A model generated the notes under the pieces. The model ran no database searches, was not told where the DNA came from, and was given only the letters and a program-made list of their open reading frames with translations. From the NCBI GenBank assembly GCA_943326025.2, contig CALPRR020000001.1:1-35392 (forward strand): DNA of 35,392 nucleotides, written 5' to 3'. Source of the DNA: Candidatus Kuenenia stuttgartensis. GTDB lineage: Bacteria; Bacteroidota; Bacteroidia; Flavobacteriales_D; Crocinitomicaceae. Every line of letters begins with the position of its first letter. The first letter of the stretch is position 1. Shown one piece after another: positions 9,057 to 19,500 of the stretch. The position numbers and the translations under genes were made by a program.

Positions 9057-10562
9057 ATGGACTATTTATTCACACTTGTTCAATCGCTAAGCGCTACTGA
9101 AAAAAGATATTTCACTAGATTGTCCACATTACAAACTCAAAGTTCAGTAAACCAATACGCACAACTTTTCAATAAGTTGTGTAAGGTAAAAAAATACAAT
9201 GAAAAAGAAATAAAGAAAGATTTTAACGCTGCTCATTTCCCACAATTAAAACAAACACTTTACAAAAAAATATTACAATCTTTGAGAATGTTTCATGCTT
9301 CGGAACATTTCGAAAATGAACCAAATATTCATTTAACTAATTCTAAAATATTACTTTCAAAAGGTTTATTAGACGAAGCAAAAAAAGAATTCAATAGAGC
9401 AGAAAAAAGAGCTCAAAGCGGAAGTCTACCATTTGAAACAGCAATGTTATTTAGAGAGAAAAATTTTCAAAACACCAGGACAATTTCAATTACTGATATT
9501 CAAGATCGTTTAAAAAATCATGATATTTTTTGGATAGATCACATTAAGGACCTTGAAAATGAACTAAAATATGAGAAGTTATTTTTGGAAGTTGAATTAT
9601 TAAACAAACAATTCGAAGCAACAAGAAATAGCCTAGAGAAAAGGAATATTTCAGATTTCTTACAAAATTTTTTATTAATCAATGAAAAATCAGCTGAAAC
9701 CTCTTACTCAAAAATACTATTTAATTTTATAAAAGGCCTAGCATATTTTTTAAATAGTGATTTTAATTACTCTGAAAAATACATGAATACATGCATTGAA
9801 TTATTTGAAGCTAATTCATCATACATATCTCAAAAAGAGGATATCTACATTCGTTCAATCGCAAATTTATGTTTAGTTCAATTATATCAAAAAAGTGATT
9901 CACTCAATGATTCAATTCAAAAATTAAAGAATTATAAAACTGAATTTCCGCATGTATTAGACTACAAAAACTATTTAATTTTTGTTTTAGAAATAATGAA
10001 ATTCAATTCAAATAATGAGTTTGAAAAGAGTATCTTATTGATAAAAGAAACTGAATCATTTACTTATAGAATTGAGAATCAAACACCTGAAAATAAGGAA
10101 ATAAATCAAGAAAAAATTTACAGTGTTTTTCAAAAAACAACTGCACACCTTGGTAATAATGATCGTATAAGCGCAAAAAAAACATTACAAAATTTCATTC
10201 AAAATAAGTCTGAACACATAAAAGAAGATGCTTTAATCTTAGCAAGAGTTCTACTTCTATTTATTCAGTTTGAATCTAATGACAATCAATTGATTGATTC
10301 AGAAATGAAAGCTACTGTTCGCTTTTTACATGAGCAAAACAAACTATACTTGTTTGAAAAACAAATATTAAAATTTATTTCTAATATGTTAGAAGCTAAT
10401 TCATCAAGTGAAAGAAAAGTTATTTTCTCACAGCTTAAAAATGATATGGCTAATTTAAAAAATATGGATCTAGAGAAAAATGCATTTATATATTTTGACT
10501 TTTCAAAATGGATAAATTCGTTTGACGATTCAAGCATAACCCAAGAAAGAAGTGATTATTAG
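9057..10562 (+). CDS. Hypothetical cytoplasmic all-helical (TPR-like) protein, 501 aa
   Basis: It is a long ORF with ordinary codon usage and no signal peptide. The N-terminus LVQSLSATEKRYFTRL resembles a conserved Bacteroidota family of unknown function. No catalytic motif is recognisable. Confidence 0.55.
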   Translation: MDYLFTLVQSLSATEKRYFTRLSTLQTQSSVNQYAQLFNKLCKVKKYNEKEIKKDFNAAHFPQLKQTLYKKILQSLRMFHASEHFENEPNIHLTNSKILLSKGLLDEAKKEFNRAEKRAQSGSLPFETAMLFREKNFQNTRTISITDIQDRLKNHDIFWIDHIKDLENELKYEKLFLEVELLNKQFEATRNSLEKRNISDFLQNFLLINEKSAETSYSKILFNFIKGLAYFLNSDFNYSEKYMNTCIELFEANSSYISQKEDIYIRSIANLCLVQLYQKSDSLNDSIQKLKNYKTEFPHVLDYKNYLIFVLEIMKFNSNNEFEKSILLIKETESFTYRIENQTPENKEINQEKIYSVFQKTTAHLGNNDRISAKKTLQNFIQNKSEHIKEDALILARVLLLFIQFESNDNQLIDSEMKATVRFLHEQNKLYLFEKQILKFISNMLEANSSSERKVIFSQLKNDMANLKNMDLEKNAFIYFDFSKWINSFDDSSITQERSDY

Positions 10563-10565
10563 AAA

Positions 10566-11321
10566 TCAATCCTCCATTTTCAAACGAATACCAAAAGAAG
10601 TATTAAACGTCCAATTAACTACATTTTTAGCTGGTCTACTATCGTAAAAGCTCGTCCATTCAAATCTAGTATCGATTTTTTTTGTCACTCTGAAATTCAA
10701 TGAATATTGACCTAAAAAACGAAAATCTTTAAAATCTACTAATAAAGGTTGATAATATGTTGCTGCAGTAAAATAAAAACTAGTTTTTGGATCTACATAC
10801 CATGACATGTAATTACTAATTCGGCACTCCTTATTAATCAATGCTGTTGTTCTAATTTGTTCATATTCATAAAATAAAGATGACCCGACAAAATATTTAC
10901 TCTTTTTGTTATCATAAAATTTCAATCTCAAACCTGAACCAAATAAGGTTCTCATTTGCTGATCTAGTAATTGATTGTACTGAATTTGAGAATAACTTTC
11001 CCATTTCCAAGGTCCACTTATTCTATATGCATATCTAAAATGAGCCATTCCCATATTTGAATAAACTTTTTCAGAGCCCTTTGAATAATTTAAATCACTT
11101 ATAAGGAAATAATAATGTTTTTTTGTTTTATATTGAACTCTTGGACGTAAAGAAAAATTGGTGAGTAAATCAGTATTTTTAATTGCTGAAAAACTTGCAT
11201 CTACTGCTCCACTCCAACCAGAAGTATCATCGTAAATTCTTTTATTTTCAATATTTACAACTTGAGATTGCAATTGAAAAACAAAGAAACAAAGAAATAA
11301 AAAGAGATTATTTAGGCGCAT
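10566..11321 (-). CDS. Outer-membrane beta-barrel protein, DUF481-like
   Basis: I prefer the ATG at 11321 (MRLNNLFLFLCFFVFQLQSQ signal peptide) over the track start at 11360, which lies inside the upstream permease gene. The sequence has alternating amphipathic strands rich in Y, F and W. It overlaps the LptF/G stop by 14 nt. Confidence 0.55.
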   Translation of the reverse strand: MRLNNLFLFLCFFVFQLQSQVVNIENKRIYDDTSGWSGAVDASFSAIKNTDLLTNFSLRPRVQYKTKKHYYFLISDLNYSKGSEKVYSNMGMAHFRYAYRISGPWKWESYSQIQYNQLLDQQMRTLFGSGLRLKFYDNKKSKYFVGSSLFYEYEQIRTTALINKECRISNYMSWYVDPKTSFYFTAATYYQPLLVDFKDFRFLGQYSLNFRVTKKIDTRFEWTSFYDSRPAKNVVNWTFNTSFGIRLKMED

Positions 11322-12384
11322 ATTTATACAATACATAAGCAACTGCACCAAATAAAACATTAGGAATCCAAACAGCTATAATTGGCGAAAAACCAACATT
11401 TACAGCCGCCACATCCATAATTTTCATAGTGAAAATATAGACAAAAATAATTCCTAACCCCAAAGCTATATTAATTCCAACTCCACCACGTTTTTTTCTA
11501 CTTGATACAGAAACACCAATTATTGTTAGAATATAAGTAGCGAAAGGTAGTGATGATCTTCGATATAATTCTAATTCATATGAAGGTACATTAGCCGCAC
11601 CTTTAGCTTTTTCTTTTACAATGAATTCATTTAATTCTGAATAATTCATTATCTCAGCAATATTTTCTCTGTGGGCCATGTCATCAATTCTAAAATTAAA
11701 AACAGTATCTTTTTCTTTACCATTTATAATCTGCTCGTTTAATCCATTCACTTTTCTTTCATAGTAATCAAACAATTTCCATTGGTTAGTGCCTATAATA
11801 TTCTTAGCACCTCTTGCTTTTAAAAAATAAGTGACTTCATCATCATTATTTGTAACTTGAACAACAAAATCATTCGCAATATTATCATCCGAAACATATG
11901 TAGCAAAATTCACCGAAACATTTCCTGGAAACTCTGCATAATAATCCTCGACATGTAATCCTGATCTGTAATATTTATTATCAAAATCTAGACGAATTTT
12001 ATTTGCTCTTGGCAACACTAAGTGATTCATCAACAAAGAAATAATCATCAACAAAGTAGCCGCAATCATATAAGGCCTCAGGAAACGATTAAAAGGTTTT
12101 CCACTATTTAAAATTGGAATAACCTCGGTATCTGATGCCATTTTTGCCGTAAACCAAATTACAGAAATAAAAATAATCATCGAGGAAAAAGTATTCCCGT
12201 AGTAAAGTAAAAATGTAAGGTAATATTTTAAGAATATATCTGAAATAGGAGCTTGTTTTTCAATAAACTCACCTAATCTTTCTGACATATCAAATACCAT
12301 AGACAACAACATTATAATCCCCAACATAAAAAAGAATGTTGATAGGAATTTTTTAATGATGTATTTATCTAATATCTTGAGCAC
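11308..12384 (-). CDS. LptF/LptG-family (YjgP/YjgQ) lipopolysaccharide export permease
   Basis: The N-terminus LKILDKYIIKKFLSTFFFMLGIIMLL is typical of the family. It has a central periplasmic domain flanked by transmembrane (TM) clusters. It has a GTG start and lies 34 nt downstream of tgt. Confidence 0.8.
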   Translation of the reverse strand: MLKILDKYIIKKFLSTFFFMLGIIMLLSMVFDMSERLGEFIEKQAPISDIFLKYYLTFLLYYGNTFSSMIIFISVIWFTAKMASDTEVIPILNSGKPFNRFLRPYMIAATLLMIISLLMNHLVLPRANKIRLDFDNKYYRSGLHVEDYYAEFPGNVSVNFATYVSDDNIANDFVVQVTNNDDEVTYFLKARGAKNIIGTNQWKLFDYYERKVNGLNEQIINGKEKDTVFNFRIDDMAHRENIAEIMNYSELNEFIVKEKAKGAANVPSYELELYRRSSLPFATYILTIIGVSVSSRKKRGGVGINIALGLGIIFVYIFTMKIMDVAAVNVGFSPIIAVWIPNVLFGAVAYVLYKYAPK

Positions 12385-12418
12385 CTGCCTTTGATTTTAA
12401 ATCTTTGATTAACAATTG

Positions 12419-13549
12419 TTACAATTTTTGACCTAATTTCTTAACCATAACATTTTTCCATTCTGCAAAAGTTCCATCTAAAATACGAACTCTTGCTTCT
12501 TTTACTAATGCTAAATAGAATGCTAAATTATGAATTGTCGCTATTTGAAAACCTAAATACTCTTTCGATTTAATCAAATGTCTCAAATAAGCTTTTGAAT
12601 AAGTTTGATCAACATAAGAAGTACCATTTGGATCAATTACAGAATAATCTTTTTCCCATTTTTGATTCTTAATATTAATTATTCCTTCAGATGTAAATAA
12701 CATACCATGACGAGCATTTCTTGATGGCATTACACAATCAAACATGTCGATACCCATGGAGATACATTCCAACAAATTAATTGGTGTTCCTACTCCCATC
12801 AAATATCTTGCTTTGTCAGTTGGTAAAATCCCACAAACTAAATCAGTCATTTCGTACAAATCTTCATCAGGCTCACCAACTGACAATCCACCAATTGCAT
12901 TACCGATTGTTCCGTAACCCGCAATTACTTCAGCAGATTCTTTCCTTAAATCTTTATAAGTACTTCCTTGTATAATTGGAAATAAATTTTGTTCATATCC
13001 ATACAATGGTTGTGTTGCATCCATTTGATCATAACATCTTTTCAACCAACGATGCGTCATGTGCATCGAACGTTTAGCATAATTATAATCACATGGATAA
13101 GGTGTACATTCATCAAAAGCCATTATGATGTCAGCACCTATTTGACGTTGAACATCAATTGCTTTTTCAGGTGTAAAGAAATGATAACTCCCATCATAAT
13201 GCGATTGAAATTTCACCCCTTCTTCTTTTATTTTTCTTGATCCTGATAAAGAATAGACTTGATAACCTCCTGAATCAGTTAAAATCGGTCCATCCCATCC
13301 AATAAATTTATGTAATCCACCTGCATTTTCTATTACATCCATTCCAGGACGCATATACAAATGATAAGTGTTACCCAAAATGATTTGAGCTTTAATATCA
13401 TCTTTTATTTCATGTTGGTGAACACCTTTAACAGTTCCTGCTGTTCCAACAGGCATGAATATAGGAGTCTCAACAACACCATGGTCAGTATGTAGTAGTC
13501 CAGCTCTCGCATTTGACTTTGAATCTGTATGTAATAAATCGAAGTGCAT
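12419..13549 (-). CDS. tgt: tRNA-guanine transglycosylase (queuine tRNA-ribosyltransferase)
   Basis: Full-length Tgt hallmarks are present: ARAGLLHTDHGVVETPIFMPVGT, LTDSGGYQV, AFDECTPYP, GGLSVGEP and the Zn-site region FDCVMPSRNARHG. Confidence 0.95.
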   Translation of the reverse strand: MHFDLLHTDSKSNARAGLLHTDHGVVETPIFMPVGTAGTVKGVHQHEIKDDIKAQIILGNTYHLYMRPGMDVIENAGGLHKFIGWDGPILTDSGGYQVYSLSGSRKIKEEGVKFQSHYDGSYHFFTPEKAIDVQRQIGADIIMAFDECTPYPCDYNYAKRSMHMTHRWLKRCYDQMDATQPLYGYEQNLFPIIQGSTYKDLRKESAEVIAGYGTIGNAIGGLSVGEPDEDLYEMTDLVCGILPTDKARYLMGVGTPINLLECISMGIDMFDCVMPSRNARHGMLFTSEGIINIKNQKWEKDYSVIDPNGTSYVDQTYSKAYLRHLIKSKEYLGFQIATIHNLAFYLALVKEARVRILDGTFAEWKNVMVKKLGQKL

Positions 13550-13573
13550 AAAATTGTTGAAAAATAAACACTA

Positions 13574-13581
13574 CAAAGATA
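13574..13581 (-). promoter_or_regulatory. Candidate -7 promoter box TATCTTTG for tgt, with 24 nt between the box and the ATG
   Basis: This is an exact TAnnTTTG match on the minus strand at a typical distance. Confidence 0.35.
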
Positions 13582-13629
13582 ATTGTATTTAGTTATGCTT
13601 GCCATATTTGCACCAAAGCTTTAAACAAA

Positions 13630-14766
13630 ATGCAGTTTATTCCAGAATTTGAGTATAATTTAACGATGATATTATTTATCGTTTTCTCCTTTGCAGCCTT
13701 TATACAGCTGATTTACGTGCTATTCATTCACGGAAAACTTTCATTTTTCAACCCATCTAAACAAGTTGTTTCAACTGAATTTCCACCAGTAACAATATTG
13801 ATTTCTGCTAGAAATGAAGCTGATAACATCTATGAAAATCTTCCGACAATATTAGATCAAGACTATCCAGAATTTGAAGTCATTGTCATAAATCATCAAT
13901 CAATAGATGAATCTCATTATATTTTGAATGCATATGCACATCAATATAAAAACTTAAGAGTTATAGAAATTGAAAGAAGTCAACATTTAAAATCTGGAAA
14001 GAAACTTCCTTTAACGATTGGTATTAAAGGAGCAAAACATGAACATTTATTGTTTACTGACGCTGATTGTAAACCAACATCAAACCAATGGCTAAAAAGT
14101 ATGGCGAGTCGATTTACATCAGAGAAAGAAATTACGATTGGTTATGCCCCTTATGTTTTCAAGAAATCTTTTCTCAATAAGGTTATTCGATTTGATACTA
14201 CTTGGATCGCAATGAATTATTTTTCGATGGCTTTAGCTAAAATACCTTACATGGGTGTAGGTAGAAATATGGGTTATACTAAATCTGTTTTTAATTCTGT
14301 AAATGGATTTAAATCTCATTATTCGCTTGCTTCAGGAGATGATGATCTATTTATCCAAGAGTCTGCTACAAAAAAAAATATAGCAATTAACCTTGATAAA
14401 ACATCGTTTTGTTATTCTGAAGGTGCTGAAGACTGGGAAAGTTGGTTTCGACAAAAAGCTAGACACTATACTACGTCTAGCCGATATAGGGTTTTCAAAA
14501 AAGCAATGTTAGGAATATATCCTCTTACCATGTTTATGTTGTTGATTTCCTTTGTTATTTTGATGTTGGATACGAATTATCGTTGGTTAACACTTTCTAT
14601 TTTTGGATTTGTCATTATTGTAAAATGGTTGATTCATGCAAGATGTTTTAAAAAATTGCATGAACCTGGTTTTATTTCAATGATCCCATTACTTGATATT
14701 GCTTATTCAATTTTAATTCCAATACTCTATTATTCAGTGAACAAAAAAGAAGATACAAAATGGTAG
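13630..14766 (+). CDS. Membrane-bound family 2 glycosyltransferase
   Basis: An N-terminal TM helix is followed by a GT-A fold start (PPVTILISARNEADNI), a DxD-type motif TDADC, GDDDLF and a Q-x-x-R motif (RQKARH), then C-terminal TM helices. Confidence 0.8.
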   Translation: MQFIPEFEYNLTMILFIVFSFAAFIQLIYVLFIHGKLSFFNPSKQVVSTEFPPVTILISARNEADNIYENLPTILDQDYPEFEVIVINHQSIDESHYILNAYAHQYKNLRVIEIERSQHLKSGKKLPLTIGIKGAKHEHLLFTDADCKPTSNQWLKSMASRFTSEKEITIGYAPYVFKKSFLNKVIRFDTTWIAMNYFSMALAKIPYMGVGRNMGYTKSVFNSVNGFKSHYSLASGDDDLFIQESATKKNIAINLDKTSFCYSEGAEDWESWFRQKARHYTTSSRYRVFKKAMLGIYPLTMFMLLISFVILMLDTNYRWLTLSIFGFVIIVKWLIHARCFKKLHEPGFISMIPLLDIAYSILIPILYYSVNKKEDTKW

Positions 14767-15365
14767 GAAGCGAACATTTATCAGATAAAGCAAAGCATGA
14801 CTTACAATTAGTCAACGCTGCGATTAGCGGTAAACAAAGTGCCTACGCTGAATTAATGGAGAAATATCGTGAATCTATTTATTTCATGATGTTGAAAATG
14901 GTTAAGAATCCAGATGATGCAGAAGATTTAACATTAGAAGCATTTGGTAAAGCTTTTAGTCGTTTAGAACAATATTCTCCTAGTTTTGCTTTTAGTACAT
15001 GGCTATTCAAAATTGCATCTAATAACAGTATCGATTTTATTCGTAAAAAAAGAATTAAAGTCACTTCAATGGATACTGGAATGATGACTGATGATGGTGA
15101 AACAATTTTTTATGATGCAAAATCTCAAACGTTAGATCCTGAAGAAACAATTATCTATAATCAGAAAGTTAAATTGATGCGTAATTTGGTGAGTCAATTA
15201 AAACCAAGATATAGAGAATTGGTTGAAAAACGATACTTTGAAGAATTGAGTTATGAAGAAATTGCTGAAGAACTTAATTTACCTCTAGGAACTGTGAAAG
15301 CTCAATTATTCAGAGCTAGAGAGTTTTTGGCAAATATGATTGAAAAAACAAAAGAGAATATTTAA
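14760..15365 (+). CDS. Sigma-70 family, ECF-type RNA polymerase sigma factor
   Basis: Region 2 (DAEDLTLEAFGKAF..FSTWLFKIASNNSIDFIRKK) and the region 4 helix-turn-helix (LSYEEIAEELNLPLGTVKAQLFRAREFL) are present. The ATG overlaps the GT2 stop by 7 nt. Confidence 0.85.
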   Translation: MVGSEHLSDKAKHDLQLVNAAISGKQSAYAELMEKYRESIYFMMLKMVKNPDDAEDLTLEAFGKAFSRLEQYSPSFAFSTWLFKIASNNSIDFIRKKRIKVTSMDTGMMTDDGETIFYDAKSQTLDPEETIIYNQKVKLMRNLVSQLKPRYRELVEKRYFEELSYEEIAEELNLPLGTVKAQLFRAREFLANMIEKTKENI

Positions 15366-15418
15366 TTTCTTTAGATTATAAATTTTCAGACTCTTTATCT
15401 TTAAGGAGAAATCAAATT

Positions 15419-16048
15419 ATGAATTCAGTACAACTTATATTAAAATATTTTCCTGATTTGACTGAAAAGCAAATCGAACAATTTTCTAAATTATTAGAAG
15501 TATATACCTTTTGGAACAATCAAATCAATGTGATTTCTAGAAAAGACACCGATAATTTTTACGAAAGACATGTATTGCATTCATTAGGAATTGCTAAAAT
15601 TATGCAATTCAAAGATGGTGCTGATATTATGGATATAGGAACAGGGGGTGGCTTCCCTGGTATTCCATTAGCAATTCTTTATCCAAACTGTAATTTCACT
15701 TTAGTTGATTCAATCGGTAAAAAAATAAAAGTGGTAAATGAAGTTGCTGCAGCAATTGGTTTGACAAATGTTACAGGAATTCATGAACGTGCTGAAAACA
15801 TTGATAAACAATTTGATTTTATTGTAAGTCGAGCTGTTACAGCAATGCCTGATTTCATCAAATGGATCAATGGAAAATTCAAAAAGAAAAGTGTCCACGA
15901 TTTAAAAAATGGAATCTTATATCTTAAAGGTGGTGATTTAAAAGAAGAAATGAAGGGTGTGAACCGTTATTTCTACATGCATAATCTACCTGATCATTTT
16001 TCAGAAGAATTCTTTGAGACGAAGAAAGTGGTTTATGTGAGATATTAA
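15419..16048 (+). CDS. rsmG: 16S rRNA (guanine527-N7)-methyltransferase
   Basis: Length and motifs are GidB/RsmG-like: the SAM-binding site DIGTGGGFPGIPLAI and the segment FDFIVSRAV. Confidence 0.9.
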   Translation: MNSVQLILKYFPDLTEKQIEQFSKLLEVYTFWNNQINVISRKDTDNFYERHVLHSLGIAKIMQFKDGADIMDIGTGGGFPGIPLAILYPNCNFTLVDSIGKKIKVVNEVAAAIGLTNVTGIHERAENIDKQFDFIVSRAVTAMPDFIKWINGKFKKKSVHDLKNGILYLKGGDLKEEMKGVNRYFYMHNLPDHFSEEFFETKKVVYVRY

Positions 16049-16141
16049 TAATGTTGAATTATTAATTTTGGATTTTGGATTACTAATTATGTATAATAAA
16101 ACTTTAATTTAATTAGTCTAATATAATAAGTGACTCTTTAT

Positions 16142-16402
16142 TCATCTTCGAAAAAGCAATCTAGAAGAATGTTTTAATATTCTGAACCGGTCGCATTTTG
16201 CTACCAGCTCATCTTTTTCGAAGCTGGTCATTTGAAAACAAAACATTTCTGGAAATATTTCTTTGTTTCGTTTTACTTGTTCATTAATTCTTTTCGTCTG
16301 AACATTATACAATTCAGCTAAATCTCGATCAATTATAACTTGTTGATTACGAATATAAAAAAATATAAAAGTGTAAAATCTATTTCCTCCCTTGAGGGAG
16401 GA
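16142..16402 (-). pseudogene. Truncated ORF6N-domain (KilA-N/Bro-related DNA-binding) gene relic
   Basis: The minus-strand translation is IRNQQVIIDRDLAELYNVQTKRINEQVKRNKEIFPEMFCFQMTSFEKDELVAKCDRFRILKHSSRLLFRR*. It matches the ORF6N pattern (IRGQ.VMLD.DLAELY.V.TK.LN..VKRN..RFP..F.FQLT). There is no start codon in the open frame, and it ends early, where family members continue with ..PYAFTEQG. Confidence 0.6.
16386..16401 (-). terminator. GC-rich hairpin CCTCCC-TTGA-GGGAGG, a possible terminator for the SNF2 gene
   Basis: A perfect 6-bp G/C stem is followed on the minus strand by a U-rich stretch. A second, weaker hairpin (TCCCT/AGGGA) lies at 16482-16499. Both stand out as a G+C island in AT-rich spacer. 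Confidence 0.35.
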
Positions 16403-16510
16403 TTAAGGAGGGTGACCAACTAAAATCCTAATCTTATATCGTTTTACTTCATTTAAGAACATTAATTATCACCTCACTCACTCCCTGCTCAAGTAGGGAA
16501 GTATTAAAAA

Positions 16511-19500
16511 CTATAAAATCCCAACCAAATCTTCTCGATTTAGCGATTTTAAGATGCTGGTATCCGTTTTAACTAAATCTGTTGCTAATTCTTTTTTGGA
16601 GTCTTGTAATGTTCTTATTTTATCTTCTATCGTGTCAGGGCAAATTAATCGAACTGCGAATACATTTTTCTTTTGACCGATTCTATAACATCTATCGATT
16701 GCTTGATTTTCAACAGCTGGATTCCACCATGGATCAACTAAATACACATAATCAGCTTCTGTTAAATTTAATCCAGTTCCACCAGCTTTCAAACTAATTA
16801 AAAAAACGCGAACTTCATCGTTGGTTTGAAAATTATTGACTTTCGTTTCTCTATCTTTGGTTTGACCCGTTAAATATTCGTATTTAATTTCTCGTTTATC
16901 TAATTCTTTCTTGATTAAATCGAGCATCGTAACAAATTGAGAAAATACAATCATTTTATGATCACCTTGTTTTGAAGTAATTTCTCCCATCAATACTTCT
17001 ATTTTAGAAGACTGATCTCCATAGTATTCTTCATCGTTAATCAATGCTGGTGAATTACAAATTTGTCTCAACTTAGTTAAACCGGCCAACACATGCATGC
17101 TATCCATGTATTTTTTCTGATTCGATGTTGCGATCAAAAACGCTCTAAATTCTTGTTTATAGGTGTCGTAAACTTTGCGTTGCTCCTCTCCCATTTCACA
17201 ATAAAGTACCATTTCTGTTTTATCTGGTAATTCTTTTGCAACTTGACTTTTCGTTCGTCTTAATAAAAACGGATTTATTTTCTTTTGCAATTCTTTCGCT
17301 CGACCAAAATCTTTGAATTTATCAATCGGCATTGCATACAAATCCTTAAATGCTGTTTTATTACCCAATAAACCTGGACATGCAAACGAAAACTGTCCGT
17401 ATAAATCAAAGGTGTTGTTTTCAATTGGCGTTCCCGTTAATACCAATTTATTCCTAGATTTTAATAATCGAACCGATTTATAACGTTGTGATTCAGGATT
17501 TTTAATCGCTTGAGATTCATCCAAAATCACATAATTAAATTCAAATTCTTTGAGAAAACGAATATCAGAAAGCAATGTTCCATAAGAAGTTAAGATAATC
17601 TCAAATTGATGAAAATCTTCGGTATTCTTTACTCTATCAGCTCCATAAATTGTAAATAATTTAATCGAAGGAGCAAATTTTTCAATTTCATTTTGCCAGT
17701 TAAAAATTAAGGATGTTGGAACAACTATAAGGTTCGTATTGTTTTTAACTTTCTTTTCTCTCTGAGATAATATAAATGCCAAGATTTGAATTGTTTTCCC
17801 CAATCCCATATCATCTGCCAAACAACCACCAAAACCGAAATCATCTAAGAAATTTAACCAATTCAAGCCTTCTTTTTGATAATCACGCAAAGTCGCATTC
17901 AATGCTTTTGGCACTTTCACCTTTTGAATTGAATTAAAAGAAGCCAATTTAGCCTGATAAAAAGCAATTTGATCTCTTGCTTCGTTAGTCAAAACCTCAT
18001 CTTCGTATAATTCTGAAATTTCAGAAAAGTTGATTTTATTTGTTCGGATAACTTCTTTTTGAACTTCTCCTACTCTAAAATATTTTGAAAATTTTTCGAT
18101 CCATTCTTCAGGAAGTAATCCTAATGTCCCATCTCCTAACTCAACAAATTTTGTTTTGTTTTTAACTGCTTTTTGCAATTGTTTCAATGTGACATCTTGT
18201 TCGCCATATTTAACTTTTATAGCCGTATCAAACCAATCCAAACCTGAACTAACAGAAACAGTTACACTCGCTTTATGTCCGTTATAACGATTATTTTTTA
18301 ACTCACTAAATCCAAGAATTGTAATCTCAGCATCTCTCCATTGATCGAAAACCTCCAAAAACCAAGCACCTTCTAAAAAATGAACTGAATGAATGTAAAA
18401 ACTATCTAAATTTAATTGCTCTTCAAAACTTTCATGTTGACGAATTAACATTGCTAAAAAGCGATATTCTAAATCGATATCACGTTCTACTAAAAACTCA
18501 TTTCCATTTTTATCTCTTGAATAAATTTGTTTTTTTGATAAAATTGGAATCTCTATGTCTCCATATTTTACAACTGGAGTAATTGCTATATACCCATCTG
18601 AATCGCATAAATAAATGAGCTTACTGACTTTTTTATCGAACCCTTTTTCGATGATTTGCTTTTTTGAAGCGGGTTTTAAATACGTATAATTTATTTTAAT
18701 TCGATGTTCTAAATTCGCTAAATACTTCTCTTGAAATTCTTTGTATTTAGATTTATGAATGATGATTTTTTGATTATTACTCTTGAAAAAATTAATCACA
18801 CGAATTACATCAGGATTATCAATTAAATACATTGTCTCTCCCAATAGAACAAAGTAATTGAAAACTAGTTTTAACTTTTTTAATTCAATAAAAATTTCGT
18901 CAATTTCTATTTGACCTGAAATTTCATAGAATTTTTCCTTCATGTTCACATCCAGAATCAAATCAGATTCTAATCTTTTCAATTGAACAAGAACGATTGA
19001 ACTTGAAGTTAAATTATCCGAAATACTTTCATTGTGGTAATAAACCTCAAAATTACTTGGATTCTTTACGATAGCTTTCAAAGCATCAATATCAGAAACT
19101 CCAGAAAGGCGCATTCCTTCACTTTGAAATTTAGCTAACGCTGTAAAGAACTTAATTTCTTCTTGCTTTTCAGCTTTCCAAATTAAATCTACTGGATTCT
19201 TTTTTGTTATTGGATTTTTTGGTCTTCCATCTTTAGTTGCATTAGAAGTTACAAAGTCTACATAGATGTGATCGTAATAACGATGTTGCCCAATAATTAC
19301 AAATTGCTTCGAAAAACTTTGCTGATAGGCTTCAATTGGTGTTAGAACTTCTTTTGGCTGAGGAAGCAATTGTTTTTCAAGTAGATTTGTCGTTTTTTGA
19401 TTAATTGGGAGTAATTCTTTTATTTTAGAAATGACATTTGCTCGTTTATACATTGAATCGTATTCCAATTCAAAAAAATCATCTAAGTTATTCTCCTCTT

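Noticed and set aside
10286-10537. 83-aa minus-strand ORF inside the 501-aa gene
   Set aside because: It is an antisense shadow ORF with no independent support.
11322-11360. Longer N-terminal extension of the DUF481-like OMP (track start 11360); likewise TTG 22160 for the LamG gene and TTG 32603 for elbB
   Set aside because: Each extension lies inside or abuts the upstream gene and precedes a much better start: an ATG followed directly by a signal peptide or a conserved N-terminus.
12781-13605. Three short ORFs (12781-12975 +, 12989-13240 +, 13405-13605 -) overlapping tgt
   Set aside because: tgt is unambiguous over this span. These ORFs are antisense or out of frame, with biased His/Leu/Ile content.
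15403-15408. Shine-Dalgarno-like AAGGAG 10 nt upstream of the rsmG ATG
   Set aside because: It is the only such site seen in the window, and Bacteroidota generally do not use SD pairing. It is probably chance and is not called as a feature.
14879-15898. Short minus-strand ORFs 14879-15064 and 15710-15898
   Set aside because: They are antisense to the sigma factor and rsmG genes, both of which are motif-supported.
16582-16797. 71-aa plus-strand ORF inside the SNF2 gene
   Set aside because: It is antisense to the helicase motif VI region, so it is a shadow ORF.
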